Of a stretch of 64,000 bases of DNA, positions 36,967 to 46,342 are shown piece after piece. The notes under the pieces were generated by a model. The model did no database searches. It saw only the letters and a program-made list of their open reading frames with translations, and was not told where the DNA came from. The first letter of the stretch is position 1; every line of letters begins with the position of its first letter. The translations under genes were made by a program, and so were the position numbers. Source of the DNA: an uncultured Colwellia sp. (GTDB lineage Bacteria; Pseudomonadota; Gammaproteobacteria; Enterobacterales; Alteromonadaceae); NCBI GenBank assembly GCA_913049915.1, contig CAJWZC010000009.1, positions 386 to 64,385 of the forward strand, read 5' to 3'.

Positions 36967-38235
36967 TTATTTGGTTGCTTTTGAGGCCCATAATAATGGG
37001 TGTCGCAACGGAAGATTACGTAATACTTCATACGTTTCGGGGTCCGCGTCTAAAGTTTTCCATGTTGTTAAGTAGTCGGCTTGTTCAAATTCCAGTCCTG
37101 CCATAATTAGTGAAGGGTGGCGCACTGGCCACTCGTCGAAGTACATTACATCGGGCTGCAACGGCCAGCTTTTCTTGTCTTTAATGTAAGGCGCAATATA
37201 TGACATGCCTTTTTTCATGCCTCGACCATCTGGCAGTTGATACGTCCAGAGATCGTCGTCTGGCGTTGATGCTATTTGTGCCACAGCTGCCATAGCGTCA
37301 ATAACAAAGAGCGAATATCCATAGGGTTTTGTCCGTCTAAGTTCTTGCGGAAAGCCGCCGTTTTGATCCATCATCACTTTTATGAAATTATCTTTGAAAT
37401 GCTGACGGATCCATTTAAGCATTTCTTGATCATCAACAAGGTAAGCAAAAGTTGCGGCCTGCATAGACCAGCAGACGCTATGGTTATTGGGTTGAAATTT
37501 TTCTCTTAAGCCATATTTGTGGCTATTAATCCATGTTAAATATGTCCTAAACCACGCTTTAACCTCTGCCTGAACTTCGCTAGTAAATGCATCGGATTTA
37601 AATAAATATTTAGCCCCGAGTGCAACTTCTACCAGATGGATAGTGTCAATAATGCCAATGCTACGCCCGGTATGGCGTCCTTTGATGGCTTGACCATAAA
37701 GTAGGTTCGGGTTCATGCGCGTTTTTTCATCAACAAACCATGCTTTTAAATGTACAACGGCATGTGCCGCATACTTATCATCATGAGTGATCATGTAAGC
37801 CGAGGTGAGTGTACCGATGATATCACTCAGACGCATCAATGATATTCGGTGGGCGATAAAATTATCGGGATTTGTTTGTCCATCACGCCGGATGTAACGG
37901 CCATCAGGATTTTTCGGGTCTGGCCACCAATAATCACCTTCTGAGAAAAAATCGTGCTGAGTGCCCATACTTCTTTCACTTGTATCTGCGGTCACTGTGC
38001 GCGGTGCTTGTTGCAAATACTGTTGTGCCTTTTTAAGAATACGTGGCTTTTCGATTTCAATGAGATTGAAATTATCGACCTGCGCAGCATCCTTTGCGAA
38101 TGTGACTCCCGCAATAAGTGAGGTAAACATCAGAGAGAGTAAGATTGTAAAACAACGAAAAAACTTCATATCAAAATAGACCTTTTTTTGGATTAAACTT
38201 TTTAAGTGCATTATTGCTTTGTTAATGAATAACAA
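36967..38235 (-). CDS. Alginate_lyase-domain protein, PL38-like (glucuronan/alginate lyase)
   Basis: HDFFSEGDYWWPDP, RDG.TNP, MNPNLLYGQ, GIIDT, NNHSVCW, ELRRTKPYGYSLF. Confidence 0.75.
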   Translation of the reverse strand: MLFINKAIMHLKSLIQKKVYFDMKFFRCFTILLSLMFTSLIAGVTFAKDAAQVDNFNLIEIEKPRILKKAQQYLQQAPRTVTADTSERSMGTQHDFFSEGDYWWPDPKNPDGRYIRRDGQTNPDNFIAHRISLMRLSDIIGTLTSAYMITHDDKYAAHAVVHLKAWFVDEKTRMNPNLLYGQAIKGRHTGRSIGIIDTIHLVEVALGAKYLFKSDAFTSEVQAEVKAWFRTYLTWINSHKYGLREKFQPNNHSVCWSMQAATFAYLVDDQEMLKWIRQHFKDNFIKVMMDQNGGFPQELRRTKPYGYSLFVIDAMAAVAQIASTPDDDLWTYQLPDGRGMKKGMSYIAPYIKDKKSWPLQPDVMYFDEWPVRHPSLIMAGLEFEQADYLTTWKTLDADPETYEVLRNLPLRHPLLWASKATK

Positions 38236-38280
38236 AGCTGACTGAACTAGGGTTATTCAGCTTATGCTTTAATTGAGGTG

Positions 38281-39957
38281 TTAATCCGTCATTGAAAGGT
38301 ATCTACTTGTCGGTTTAGTTTCAGCGAGCCAACTTTCAATTTTCTCCACAATATGCGGATAGTTTTTCGCTATATCATTCTGTTCATTGACTTCATTTTG
38401 GAAGGATTGGTTATAAAGCGATGTAGCCGAACCATCAGATTTCACAACAGCTTTAAAATTGTGATAGCGAACAAAATATCTCCACTGCGGCTCTGGCGGC
38501 AAATGCTGAGACAATTGTGCGATAACGCTGGCATATTCGCTGTTGTTGGCGAGGTTGTTGAACTGTTCGGGGTCTCGTTGCATGTCGTATAGTTCAGCAG
38601 TGCCGTCAAAATAATGGATATATTCCCATTTTGGGGTATGAATACTGTGGTCACCTTTGCCAAAAGTTGTGTGGGTATAACTTTGCCATTTCGCGTCGGG
38701 ATTCTTTAGCAGAGGCAGTAGAGAATTGCCTTGCCAACCTTGGAGTTTCGGCATATTGGTCATGTCAGCAAGGGTTGGGCCAAGATCAAGCAAATTGACC
38801 ATGCGTTCACTCTTACTATTTGGTTTAAACCCTTCAGGTCGCTGGTTTTTTGCCGGGATGATGATTAGAGGTACACGGCTTGCTCGATACCAGGGGGCAG
38901 CTTTACCCCAATGCTGTTTCTCGCCAAGATGCCAGCCATTATCTGACCAGATAACGATCATGGTATTGCTCGCATACGGGCTTTTCGCGAGCGCTTCGGT
39001 TACATTACCAATCAATTCATCAACAAATGAAATTGCCGCAAGGTAAGACGATACCGCATTTCCCCACTGGCCATATTCTTTAACGCTCTTATGCAAGCCG
39101 GATGTATTGGCCGCCAAGGCATATTCCTTACCCGAGTGTGGTAAATCAAAGAGGTCATTGTCAATAGTTTTGGGTAAGACAACAGACTCAGGCGGATACA
39201 TGTCGTGGAAGCGCTTGGGACTAAATAAGGGCTGATGTGGGCGGGTAAAACCAACCGCTAGAAAGAAGGGGTTTTCTTGTTTTTGCTGTAATTTATCGAT
39301 AGCCCAGTTGATATTTATAGTATCACTGAACAGTTCATCTGGCAGATCTACAGAGCCCCAGTCAAAAGAGTGGGTGCTTCTCCAAGTGCGGTCCGCCGGA
39401 ATACCGTTGAGTGGCAGACGGAGAGTTTTCCCGCCCTTGGTGACCATGTGAAAAGGTTTTTGATATTTAGTATCCAGTTCATCTTTGGTAAAAGGCAATC
39501 CGGAGCTTGACCCCCCACCATATTCATCCCAAGCGCCATCAGGCATCTTTGCGGTGCCGGCATGAAATATCTTGCCAACACCCATGACATGATAGTTATG
39601 CTTGCGGAAGTATTCAGGTATGCTGATACGACTTACATGTTGTTTCCTGTAGTTAACATCATTGGTATAAGTACCGTTGGCGGACGGCCATACCCCGCTC
39701 ATAATGGCGGTGCGAGACGGACCACAAATAGGAGCTGGGGCGTGCGCATTGGTGAAATGAATGCCTTGTGCGGCCAGAGCGTCCATATTAGGCGTTTTAA
39801 CTTGTGGGTGGGTGTTCATAAACCCAGCCCAGTCATTCATATCATCAATGGCGATGAACAAAACATTAGGGTGCGGCTTATCCGTAGCACTATGTGCTGG
39901 GGTTAGTATAAAGCTGCAAAAAATAGCGAACCATTTTATAGGTAAAATAATCTTCAT
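38281..39957 (-). CDS. S1 sulfatase (iduronate-2-sulfatase-like) with C-terminal extension
   Basis: IAIDDMND, CGPSRTA, GKIFH, GFTRPHQP, SDNGWHLGEK. Confidence 0.9.
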   Translation of the reverse strand: MKIILPIKWFAIFCSFILTPAHSATDKPHPNVLFIAIDDMNDWAGFMNTHPQVKTPNMDALAAQGIHFTNAHAPAPICGPSRTAIMSGVWPSANGTYTNDVNYRKQHVSRISIPEYFRKHNYHVMGVGKIFHAGTAKMPDGAWDEYGGGSSSGLPFTKDELDTKYQKPFHMVTKGGKTLRLPLNGIPADRTWRSTHSFDWGSVDLPDELFSDTININWAIDKLQQKQENPFFLAVGFTRPHQPLFSPKRFHDMYPPESVVLPKTIDNDLFDLPHSGKEYALAANTSGLHKSVKEYGQWGNAVSSYLAAISFVDELIGNVTEALAKSPYASNTMIVIWSDNGWHLGEKQHWGKAAPWYRASRVPLIIIPAKNQRPEGFKPNSKSERMVNLLDLGPTLADMTNMPKLQGWQGNSLLPLLKNPDAKWQSYTHTTFGKGDHSIHTPKWEYIHYFDGTAELYDMQRDPEQFNNLANNSEYASVIAQLSQHLPPEPQWRYFVRYHNFKAVVKSDGSATSLYNQSFQNEVNEQNDIAKNYPHIVEKIESWLAETKPTSRYLSMTD

Positions 39958-40114
39958 TGTAGCGAATTGTCCTTATTTGAGTATAAGTAAATTACCTGCT
40001 CTTTAATAATAACCTCCTCAAATAACTTGACTAAAAGCTACTTAGAGGACTATCCATCCTGAGTACGGCAACCGCCTGTATCGTCTGAGGCGACCGCAGC
40101 TCAGGTAAAGGTGC

Positions 40115-41410
40115 TTAGTTAATTTTAGTTTTTGGGATCAGCGGTTGGATGAGGTCTACCCAGAGTAGTGGATGACGAAGGGGTAGATTTCTCAAAACTT
40201 CGAAAGTGGTCGGGTCCGCTTCCAGTGGCTTGTAGAGCTCGATCAATTTAGGCCTTTGAAGGATGAAGCCAGCGTGCAGTAGCGAAGGCTGGCGTACCGG
40301 CCATTCGTCCCAATACAACACATCCGGTGGCAATGTCCATGTTGACTTGTCTTCGATATAAGGTGCGATAAAGTCAAGACCTAGCTCCATACTCCGACCA
40401 TCTTTTAGCGTGTGGGTCCAAAGGTTATCTTTTGGTGTTGATGCCAGCGTGGCGACACCGGCCATAGCATCAATCACAAAAAGCGAGTATCCGTAAGGTT
40501 TAGTTCGGGTAAGCTCTTTTTTGAATCCACCTTCTTTATTCATCATGTAACCAAGGAAAACATCCTTGAATTGGCGACGTATCCAGGTGAGTTGTTCTTC
40601 ATCACCAATAAGTCGAGCGAATGCGGCAGCCTGCATAGACCAGCAGACACCATGGTTGCTTAGGTAAGTACGTTCTTTCTGGCCATTGGGATGTTCATTA
40701 AGCCAGCGAAGATAGGTGCGGAACCAGTCCTTGATAGCAGTCAGGGTTTTAGGCGGTATTTTGTCATGTTCTGCAAGGATCTCGATGGAGCGGGCGACTT
40801 CGACGAGATGGATAGTGTCGATGATTCCCGATGCGCGTCCGAGATAGCGCCCTTTGATACCTTGAGAATACTGAAGTGACGGGTTCATTCTTGTTTCAGG
40901 ATCAACAAACCAGCTAGAAATGTGTCGGATGATATGGTCTACATATTCCTGCTTACCATTTATCAGGTAGGCAGAGGTGAGAGTCGCGACGACCTCGCTA
41001 AGGGCAACCATGGCATGACGATGGGCCACGAAATTGTTCGGGTTTGATTCGCCATCACGGCGAATGTATTTTCCGCCTGGATTTTTCGGATCAGGCCACC
41101 AGTAATCGGCTTCAGAGAACCAATCGTGCTTATTACCCAGGCTCCTTTCACTGGTATCAGCAGTAACGGTGCGCGGTACTTGTTTTAGGTACTTCTGTGC
41201 CTTTTTAAGAATGCGTGGTTTTTCGTCTTCAAGGAGATCGTAATTATCGACTTGGGGAACATCCATTGCGAATGTGATCCCAGAAATAAGTGAAACAAGC
41301 AATATCAATACTGAAGCCATAGTTGCTTTTGTTAGTATGTGTTTGGGTTGTTTTTGCATTATTAATTTGTCCTTATATACCCTTGAAGTTAAATTCTCTA
41401 TTAATAACAC
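40115..41410 (-). CDS. Second PL38-like Alginate_lyase-domain protein
   Basis: HDWFSEADYWWPDP, GIIDT, SNHGVCW, ELTRTKPYGYSLF; paralog of 36967..38235. Confidence 0.75.
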   Translation of the reverse strand: MLLIENLTSRVYKDKLIMQKQPKHILTKATMASVLILLVSLISGITFAMDVPQVDNYDLLEDEKPRILKKAQKYLKQVPRTVTADTSERSLGNKHDWFSEADYWWPDPKNPGGKYIRRDGESNPNNFVAHRHAMVALSEVVATLTSAYLINGKQEYVDHIIRHISSWFVDPETRMNPSLQYSQGIKGRYLGRASGIIDTIHLVEVARSIEILAEHDKIPPKTLTAIKDWFRTYLRWLNEHPNGQKERTYLSNHGVCWSMQAAAFARLIGDEEQLTWIRRQFKDVFLGYMMNKEGGFKKELTRTKPYGYSLFVIDAMAGVATLASTPKDNLWTHTLKDGRSMELGLDFIAPYIEDKSTWTLPPDVLYWDEWPVRQPSLLHAGFILQRPKLIELYKPLEADPTTFEVLRNLPLRHPLLWVDLIQPLIPKTKIN

Positions 41411-41424
41411 CTTACCGTGAACTG

Positions 41425-43785
41425 CTATAAGGTGTTTTTAGTTATTAAAGGACGTACTTCATTATTACTAATGTCGGCGGTGTTTTTCTCAGCGCTGTTA
41501 AGCTCGACAACAACAGGTGTGCCTGTTTCCAAAAACAGATTGTTGATTATTTTTGTAAAGGGTTCGCTAACGGTATGGTTAATTTTAATAGGCTGGCTAT
41601 GTTCAAAGCGGTTGCCCTTAATGGTACTCACCTGAACACCCTGTAACATGATCGAGGCAGCTGTATTGTTACTCTTACCATGTCCGACATTATCTATCAG
41701 TGAAGAGGTAAGAGTAAAATGTGGCCCATAGGTACTTTCATCAGCGCCGCCACGGTACAAGTTGATCAGCGGCCCATCAATATTTTTAAATTCTGATGCT
41801 GAAATGGTGACATATTCGGCATTATAACGGCCCCATTGGTCATTTTTCTTTTTATCAAAATACAAGACAGCACCGGTTACATTTAGCTGCAATGCAGCGC
41901 CGGTCAAATTTTCAAATATACTGTTGGTCAATTCAATACTGTCAGCCATGGTGTTTTTTGCCACCGACAAGAAATTAAAAGTATGGCTTTTATCAAGATC
42001 AATAATATGACAATTTTCAACTACAAGCCGGTAGTTAGTTAACATTGACTTGCGACTGGTTCTGATCAAGCTGTTGCCTGTACTGCCCGGTGCCTTTTTA
42101 CCTGAAATGGTTAAACCATTGAGTTTCAAATCACCGCCCTCAATAATTTCAAACAATGTTGTCTCAGCAAAGGTAATTTTAACACTTGTGCCCGCAGCCC
42201 CTTTACCTGTTGCAGGACGTTGTGATCTGATGGTCAGTGGTTTGTCAACGACAATTAAACTCCTAACATGATACTTGCCCGGTGCAAGCAGCAGAATATC
42301 ACCGACTTTGGCAGCCTTTACCGCTTCGCTCAGCGATCCCTCTGCTGCGGATACCTCGATAGCCCTACCGGTATCGAAATTATTGTCACTGCCTGGTTTT
42401 TTGTACCAAAACACGCCTGTTTCTTCACGAGATATAGGGGTCAAAAATCTGCTCGCACCAACCCATACCTTGTCCTTATAAAGCATTTCACTGTAAAGCA
42501 AGCCATTTTCAGCCCGCTTCATCAAAAGCGTCTTACCTTTAAAACCAGACTTGAACTGCGATGGCACCCCCTCTGCTAGGATATTATCGGCCATTTTAAT
42601 GCCTGAAACATCATCAAAAAGGCTAAAGATATCTTTGCCTGACTCATTGGCGATCAAATTTTTACGGAAAACACTGTTTTGTGGAATGGCCTGACGTACA
42701 GCGTCACTGCCAACCGCTAACTGAATATGATCACTGTTAACGATGGTATTATTTTCAATGAGGGCATTTTTAACACGGTGATATTTGTTAATCGGTGAAT
42801 TTATTACGCCGTTCATCACGGCAATGGCACTGCCAAATCGGTAACCGGTCAATCCCTCCATATAGTTATTACGGACAATATGGTCGGCATTAATGACACG
42901 AATTCCGCCGGTATGGTCGACACCATTACCAAAGAAGATATTGTCTTCGACAAGGTTGCTATTACCGTGGCGCAAGGTCAACGTGCCTTTGGCTTCATAA
43001 AAAACATTGCCTTTAATGGTGTTTTTCCCAGACTTGATAGAAATAATTTCCACCTCGCCGTTGGTACGATCAAAGTAGTTATTTTCAACAAGTGTATTCG
43101 AGTTTGTCAGAGAATAACGACTGGTACCAATACGCAGTGTTTCACCAGCATTGGAACCTAAAATAGGCCTTGGGCCAAAATAGTTATGGTCGATTCGGTG
43201 GTAGTTTTCCTGACTGTTTTTGCTATCAAGCCGAACAATCATGGTCGCCCCCAGATTGCGCTTGCCAATAATATGATTATGGTCAAAACGGTTATTTTTA
43301 CCGTGCATATCAATCCAGTGATCCTTGTCGAAACGTGTTGGATTATTATAATTATCAATCACTACCTCAGTAACGCGGCTATTATAGGCTAGACGTTTCT
43401 TATCAGCGCGAAAATTAATCACAGTCGACAGTGGTGTGTAGCCATTTTTAAAGACAAGGCCGCTAACAATAAGGTGCTTTCCTGCAAGTCTAAGGCTACT
43501 TTGACCAGAAAGAATGACTGAACCCTTGGTTTGTGCTTGCAGTGTAATTGGCTTATCGGCCGTTCCGTTTGCCTCAAACAAAATTTCAAAGTCATTCCAG
43601 ACGCGATTTTTCAATATTACCGCATCACCCGGTTGTAATTGTTTAACTATTTCTTGGTATTCATCTGGTGAAGAAACCAAGTACTCTTCACTATAGCTAA
43701 CTGTTGAAGTAAACAAACCCACTACAGCCACAACGTCCACGACCATGGCAATCAATAGTTTGTTGCTATTTAGTTTTTTACTCAT
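41425..43785 (-). CDS. Two-domain PL6 lyase (canonical alginate-lyase-like)
   Basis: GETLRIGTS, EIISIKSG...GTLTLRHG, GGIRV; second beta-helix domain. Confidence 0.88.
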   Translation of the reverse strand: MSKKLNSNKLLIAMVVDVVAVVGLFTSTVSYSEEYLVSSPDEYQEIVKQLQPGDAVILKNRVWNDFEILFEANGTADKPITLQAQTKGSVILSGQSSLRLAGKHLIVSGLVFKNGYTPLSTVINFRADKKRLAYNSRVTEVVIDNYNNPTRFDKDHWIDMHGKNNRFDHNHIIGKRNLGATMIVRLDSKNSQENYHRIDHNYFGPRPILGSNAGETLRIGTSRYSLTNSNTLVENNYFDRTNGEVEIISIKSGKNTIKGNVFYEAKGTLTLRHGNSNLVEDNIFFGNGVDHTGGIRVINADHIVRNNYMEGLTGYRFGSAIAVMNGVINSPINKYHRVKNALIENNTIVNSDHIQLAVGSDAVRQAIPQNSVFRKNLIANESGKDIFSLFDDVSGIKMADNILAEGVPSQFKSGFKGKTLLMKRAENGLLYSEMLYKDKVWVGASRFLTPISREETGVFWYKKPGSDNNFDTGRAIEVSAAEGSLSEAVKAAKVGDILLLAPGKYHVRSLIVVDKPLTIRSQRPATGKGAAGTSVKITFAETTLFEIIEGGDLKLNGLTISGKKAPGSTGNSLIRTSRKSMLTNYRLVVENCHIIDLDKSHTFNFLSVAKNTMADSIELTNSIFENLTGAALQLNVTGAVLYFDKKKNDQWGRYNAEYVTISASEFKNIDGPLINLYRGGADESTYGPHFTLTSSLIDNVGHGKSNNTAASIMLQGVQVSTIKGNRFEHSQPIKINHTVSEPFTKIINNLFLETGTPVVVELNSAEKNTADISNNEVRPLITKNTL

Positions 43786-43879
43786 TATTCTTACCTTTTA
43801 AAGACCTTATTAATCACTTATTTAATAGCTTATTCAATACCTTGATAAACACATAAAGTTGTCTCAGACTATTGAAATA

Positions 43880-46045
43880 TTAGGGTGTAAATTTCTTAAC
43901 AGTAGCGCCAGGGTTAACGGGTTCTTTCAGCCATGTTGGTTGAGTGAAAGCGCCATTGCGGGCGATGTCCCAAACTTCCAGACGTACCCAAGTCGCACGA
44001 CTCAAGTCGATGGGGAAATTCATATTTTCCCGACCAAATTCCCGGCTCTGTGACATATTAATGGTATGAGTTTTTATCTGATCACCTTCGCCCCAAATAA
44101 TTTCAGCAAAACCTAGCGGAAAGGTCCATTCAACGTCGACTGTAACTTGAGATTTAGTGATTTTATGATCATGCAGCAGCACCTCACCGGTACTAACAAA
44201 GAAGTCACCGCGTCTGAGTACGTCCGATACCGCTGACCAATCTCCGCTATCCATATCCGGAAGTTTAGGCAACTTCAGGTAGTTAATATTCATTTGACTG
44301 TAGAGTTCAGATTCAAAATCAACATAGAAGATATCTCCTGCGCCAACTAATTTCTTTTTGTAACCCCACTGAGACATGTCATCAAGGAGTTTCAAGGCAC
44401 GGCGACCCAAGCGAGGCTCGGAAAGATCAGAAGGTATTGCCTTCCACTCCGCCCCTAAAAAGACCTCATCATCTTTGAAGAAATCTTCTGTTGCATAGTC
44501 ATCGGGGAATAGTTGTGAGCCCTTCACCCGTGGATGAGCAGTGAAAGCCAAACCGCCTTCACGTTTTAACATTTCATAAACTTCAGCAGAGTTACCAAGC
44601 CGGTAAACCGTGCCATAGGGTTCTAACTGTTCGACAAAGGGTTCATTTTCTTCTCGGCTTTTGACGAAATAAACCGGCTTGGGAAACAAGTAATTCCAAT
44701 GACCACCAAAGTGAGCATTGGCTTCTTCTCCGGGTAACATCACGAACTCATCATCAGAATACTTCTTAGCAAGGTCGAACATGGCTTTAAGTTGTTTAAA
44801 TCGTTTTTCCCCGATGTCTCTGCCATTATAATCACCACAACAATGGAACTCGGCCAGGTGCAAAATTTGCACATTTAGACTTTTCATTACCTCTTTAAAT
44901 TCAAGTGCGGTAGTGAAAGGGGATATTTTGCCTTTCTTTTTGCCTTTTTTGTACACTTTCATCTTACCCATCTCTTTACGCGTCATTGCCGGATGGTAGT
45001 GCTCGGTGTAGGTTTTATAGCCTTCAATGATTTTGAATTGATCGCCATGGGTATAGCGCTTGACACGTTCGAGTGTATCTTCTGCCTTAGTGGGACTGAG
45101 CAAGAGAAATGCGCCCATACGCTGCACTGTGCCCACTTTCGCATCCACCCAAGGAGCATGGGTATGATCACCTTCTTTTTCCTGACGAATACCAATAATT
45201 CCGGCGCCTGCTTTCACATAACCTCTATTGTGGGCATATTTATTAACTGGCCAAGAGGATGCATGAGGTGGCGGGAAAAAGGCAATGGTGCCGTTATCAT
45301 ACTCAGCCATGACTGTTCTGTGTACGACCTTGAGCGGAATGGCTTTTTTAGACGGAACCTGACGCACGATTTGTTTAGTTTTATTATCCTTATATACGAT
45401 CATCGGCACTTGGGTTTGAAAAAGCCCTTCGTAAATATAAGCGACCGAAGATTGTTCGGTGCTCATCAAAGCTTCCCAATAAAGCAAGGGACTGCCAGCA
45501 TAGATATTAAGCACCAAATCACCCGAGAAAGAGCCACTACTGAACGTTGAAAAAACCAGTTTTACCCGGCCCCCCTCTGAACTGACTTTGACAGACTTTA
45601 AGTCGAGGCGCGAAGTAAAGGTTTTTGATGGTCGCTCATTTGGCGTATCAAAAAAGATATACGGCCATTCTTTCTTACTGAGAGAGTTGCCGCGCGACTT
45701 GCCACGAGAACCAATGGTGACAGGAAAGTCAGGTTGAATATTTTGCGCCAAAATCGTAAATGAAGATGCCCCATTCTCAGCATAAGGATGGGCATATGAG
45801 ATGGATTTCATTAGCGGATTTTTACCAGAAATATCCAATACCAGCTGATAGGTAATTTTGTCTGCTGCCTGCCAATCTAGCGTTAAAGCATCTCCAGCAT
45901 GTGTAATTTTTACTGGACTTAAAGGGTTATATTGGCTCAAGTCGACCTGTTGAGCAACTACCTGCTGGTTAGCTATCTGTTTGGCACACAAAGGAAGACT
46001 ACAGCAAACAAGGAAAATCACTGCAAGAAAGTTATTTTGAGTCAT
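43880..46045 (-). CDS. Secreted hypothetical protein with C-terminal PHP/amidohydrolase-like metal-binding motifs
   Basis: Signal peptide; EHYH, AEFH, PGEEANAHFGGHW, AHPR, GAGD. Confidence 0.5.
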   Translation of the reverse strand: MTQNNFLAVIFLVCCSLPLCAKQIANQQVVAQQVDLSQYNPLSPVKITHAGDALTLDWQAADKITYQLVLDISGKNPLMKSISYAHPYAENGASSFTILAQNIQPDFPVTIGSRGKSRGNSLSKKEWPYIFFDTPNERPSKTFTSRLDLKSVKVSSEGGRVKLVFSTFSSGSFSGDLVLNIYAGSPLLYWEALMSTEQSSVAYIYEGLFQTQVPMIVYKDNKTKQIVRQVPSKKAIPLKVVHRTVMAEYDNGTIAFFPPPHASSWPVNKYAHNRGYVKAGAGIIGIRQEKEGDHTHAPWVDAKVGTVQRMGAFLLLSPTKAEDTLERVKRYTHGDQFKIIEGYKTYTEHYHPAMTRKEMGKMKVYKKGKKKGKISPFTTALEFKEVMKSLNVQILHLAEFHCCGDYNGRDIGEKRFKQLKAMFDLAKKYSDDEFVMLPGEEANAHFGGHWNYLFPKPVYFVKSREENEPFVEQLEPYGTVYRLGNSAEVYEMLKREGGLAFTAHPRVKGSQLFPDDYATEDFFKDDEVFLGAEWKAIPSDLSEPRLGRRALKLLDDMSQWGYKKKLVGAGDIFYVDFESELYSQMNINYLKLPKLPDMDSGDWSAVSDVLRRGDFFVSTGEVLLHDHKITKSQVTVDVEWTFPLGFAEIIWGEGDQIKTHTINMSQSREFGRENMNFPIDLSRATWVRLEVWDIARNGAFTQPTWLKEPVNPGATVKKFTP

Positions 46046-46059
46046 ATTACACTCCTTTA

Positions 46060-46264
46060 AAATTTGGGGACTTATTTATTTGGGTAACAGTTTCAAAGCA
46101 TAAAAAAGTGAGTTGACTGTTTATGGAAGAAGTCTCTCTGGCAAGGATGCCAGAGCGAAGCCTACATAGATGTATTTATGGCGACTTCTGGAATAAATAG
46201 TTAACTTACTTGACTCGATCAAATTGCTACTCTGTTTAGCTTTACATAGTCAGTCCCAAAATTT
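46060..46264. repeat. Nested palindromic MITE-like element
   Basis: Outer IR AAATTTGGGGACT/AGTCCCAAAATTT; inner IR AGTGAGTTGACTGTTT/AAATAGTTAACTTACT; GAAGTC/GACTTC; central hairpins GGCAAGGATGCC and TACATAGATGTA. Confidence 0.6.
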
Positions 46265-46289
46265 GGTAATTGCTAGCTAATCAGTAATT

Positions 46290-46337
46290 AACTAGGATCA
46301 GATCAAAGTTAAATTTAACTTTGTTCTGACCCTAGTT
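46290..46337. repeat. Inverted doublet of REP-like unit
   Basis: AACTAGGATCAGATCAAAGTTAAATTTAACTTTGTTCTGACCCTAGTT. Confidence 0.82.
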
Positions 46338-46342
46338 ATTTC

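Noticed and set aside
40047-40112. CCTGAG...CTCAGG stem between a lyase and a sulfatase as a riboswitch
   Set aside because: It is a single copy with no aptamer consensus I recognise; more likely a repeat remnant or processing stem.
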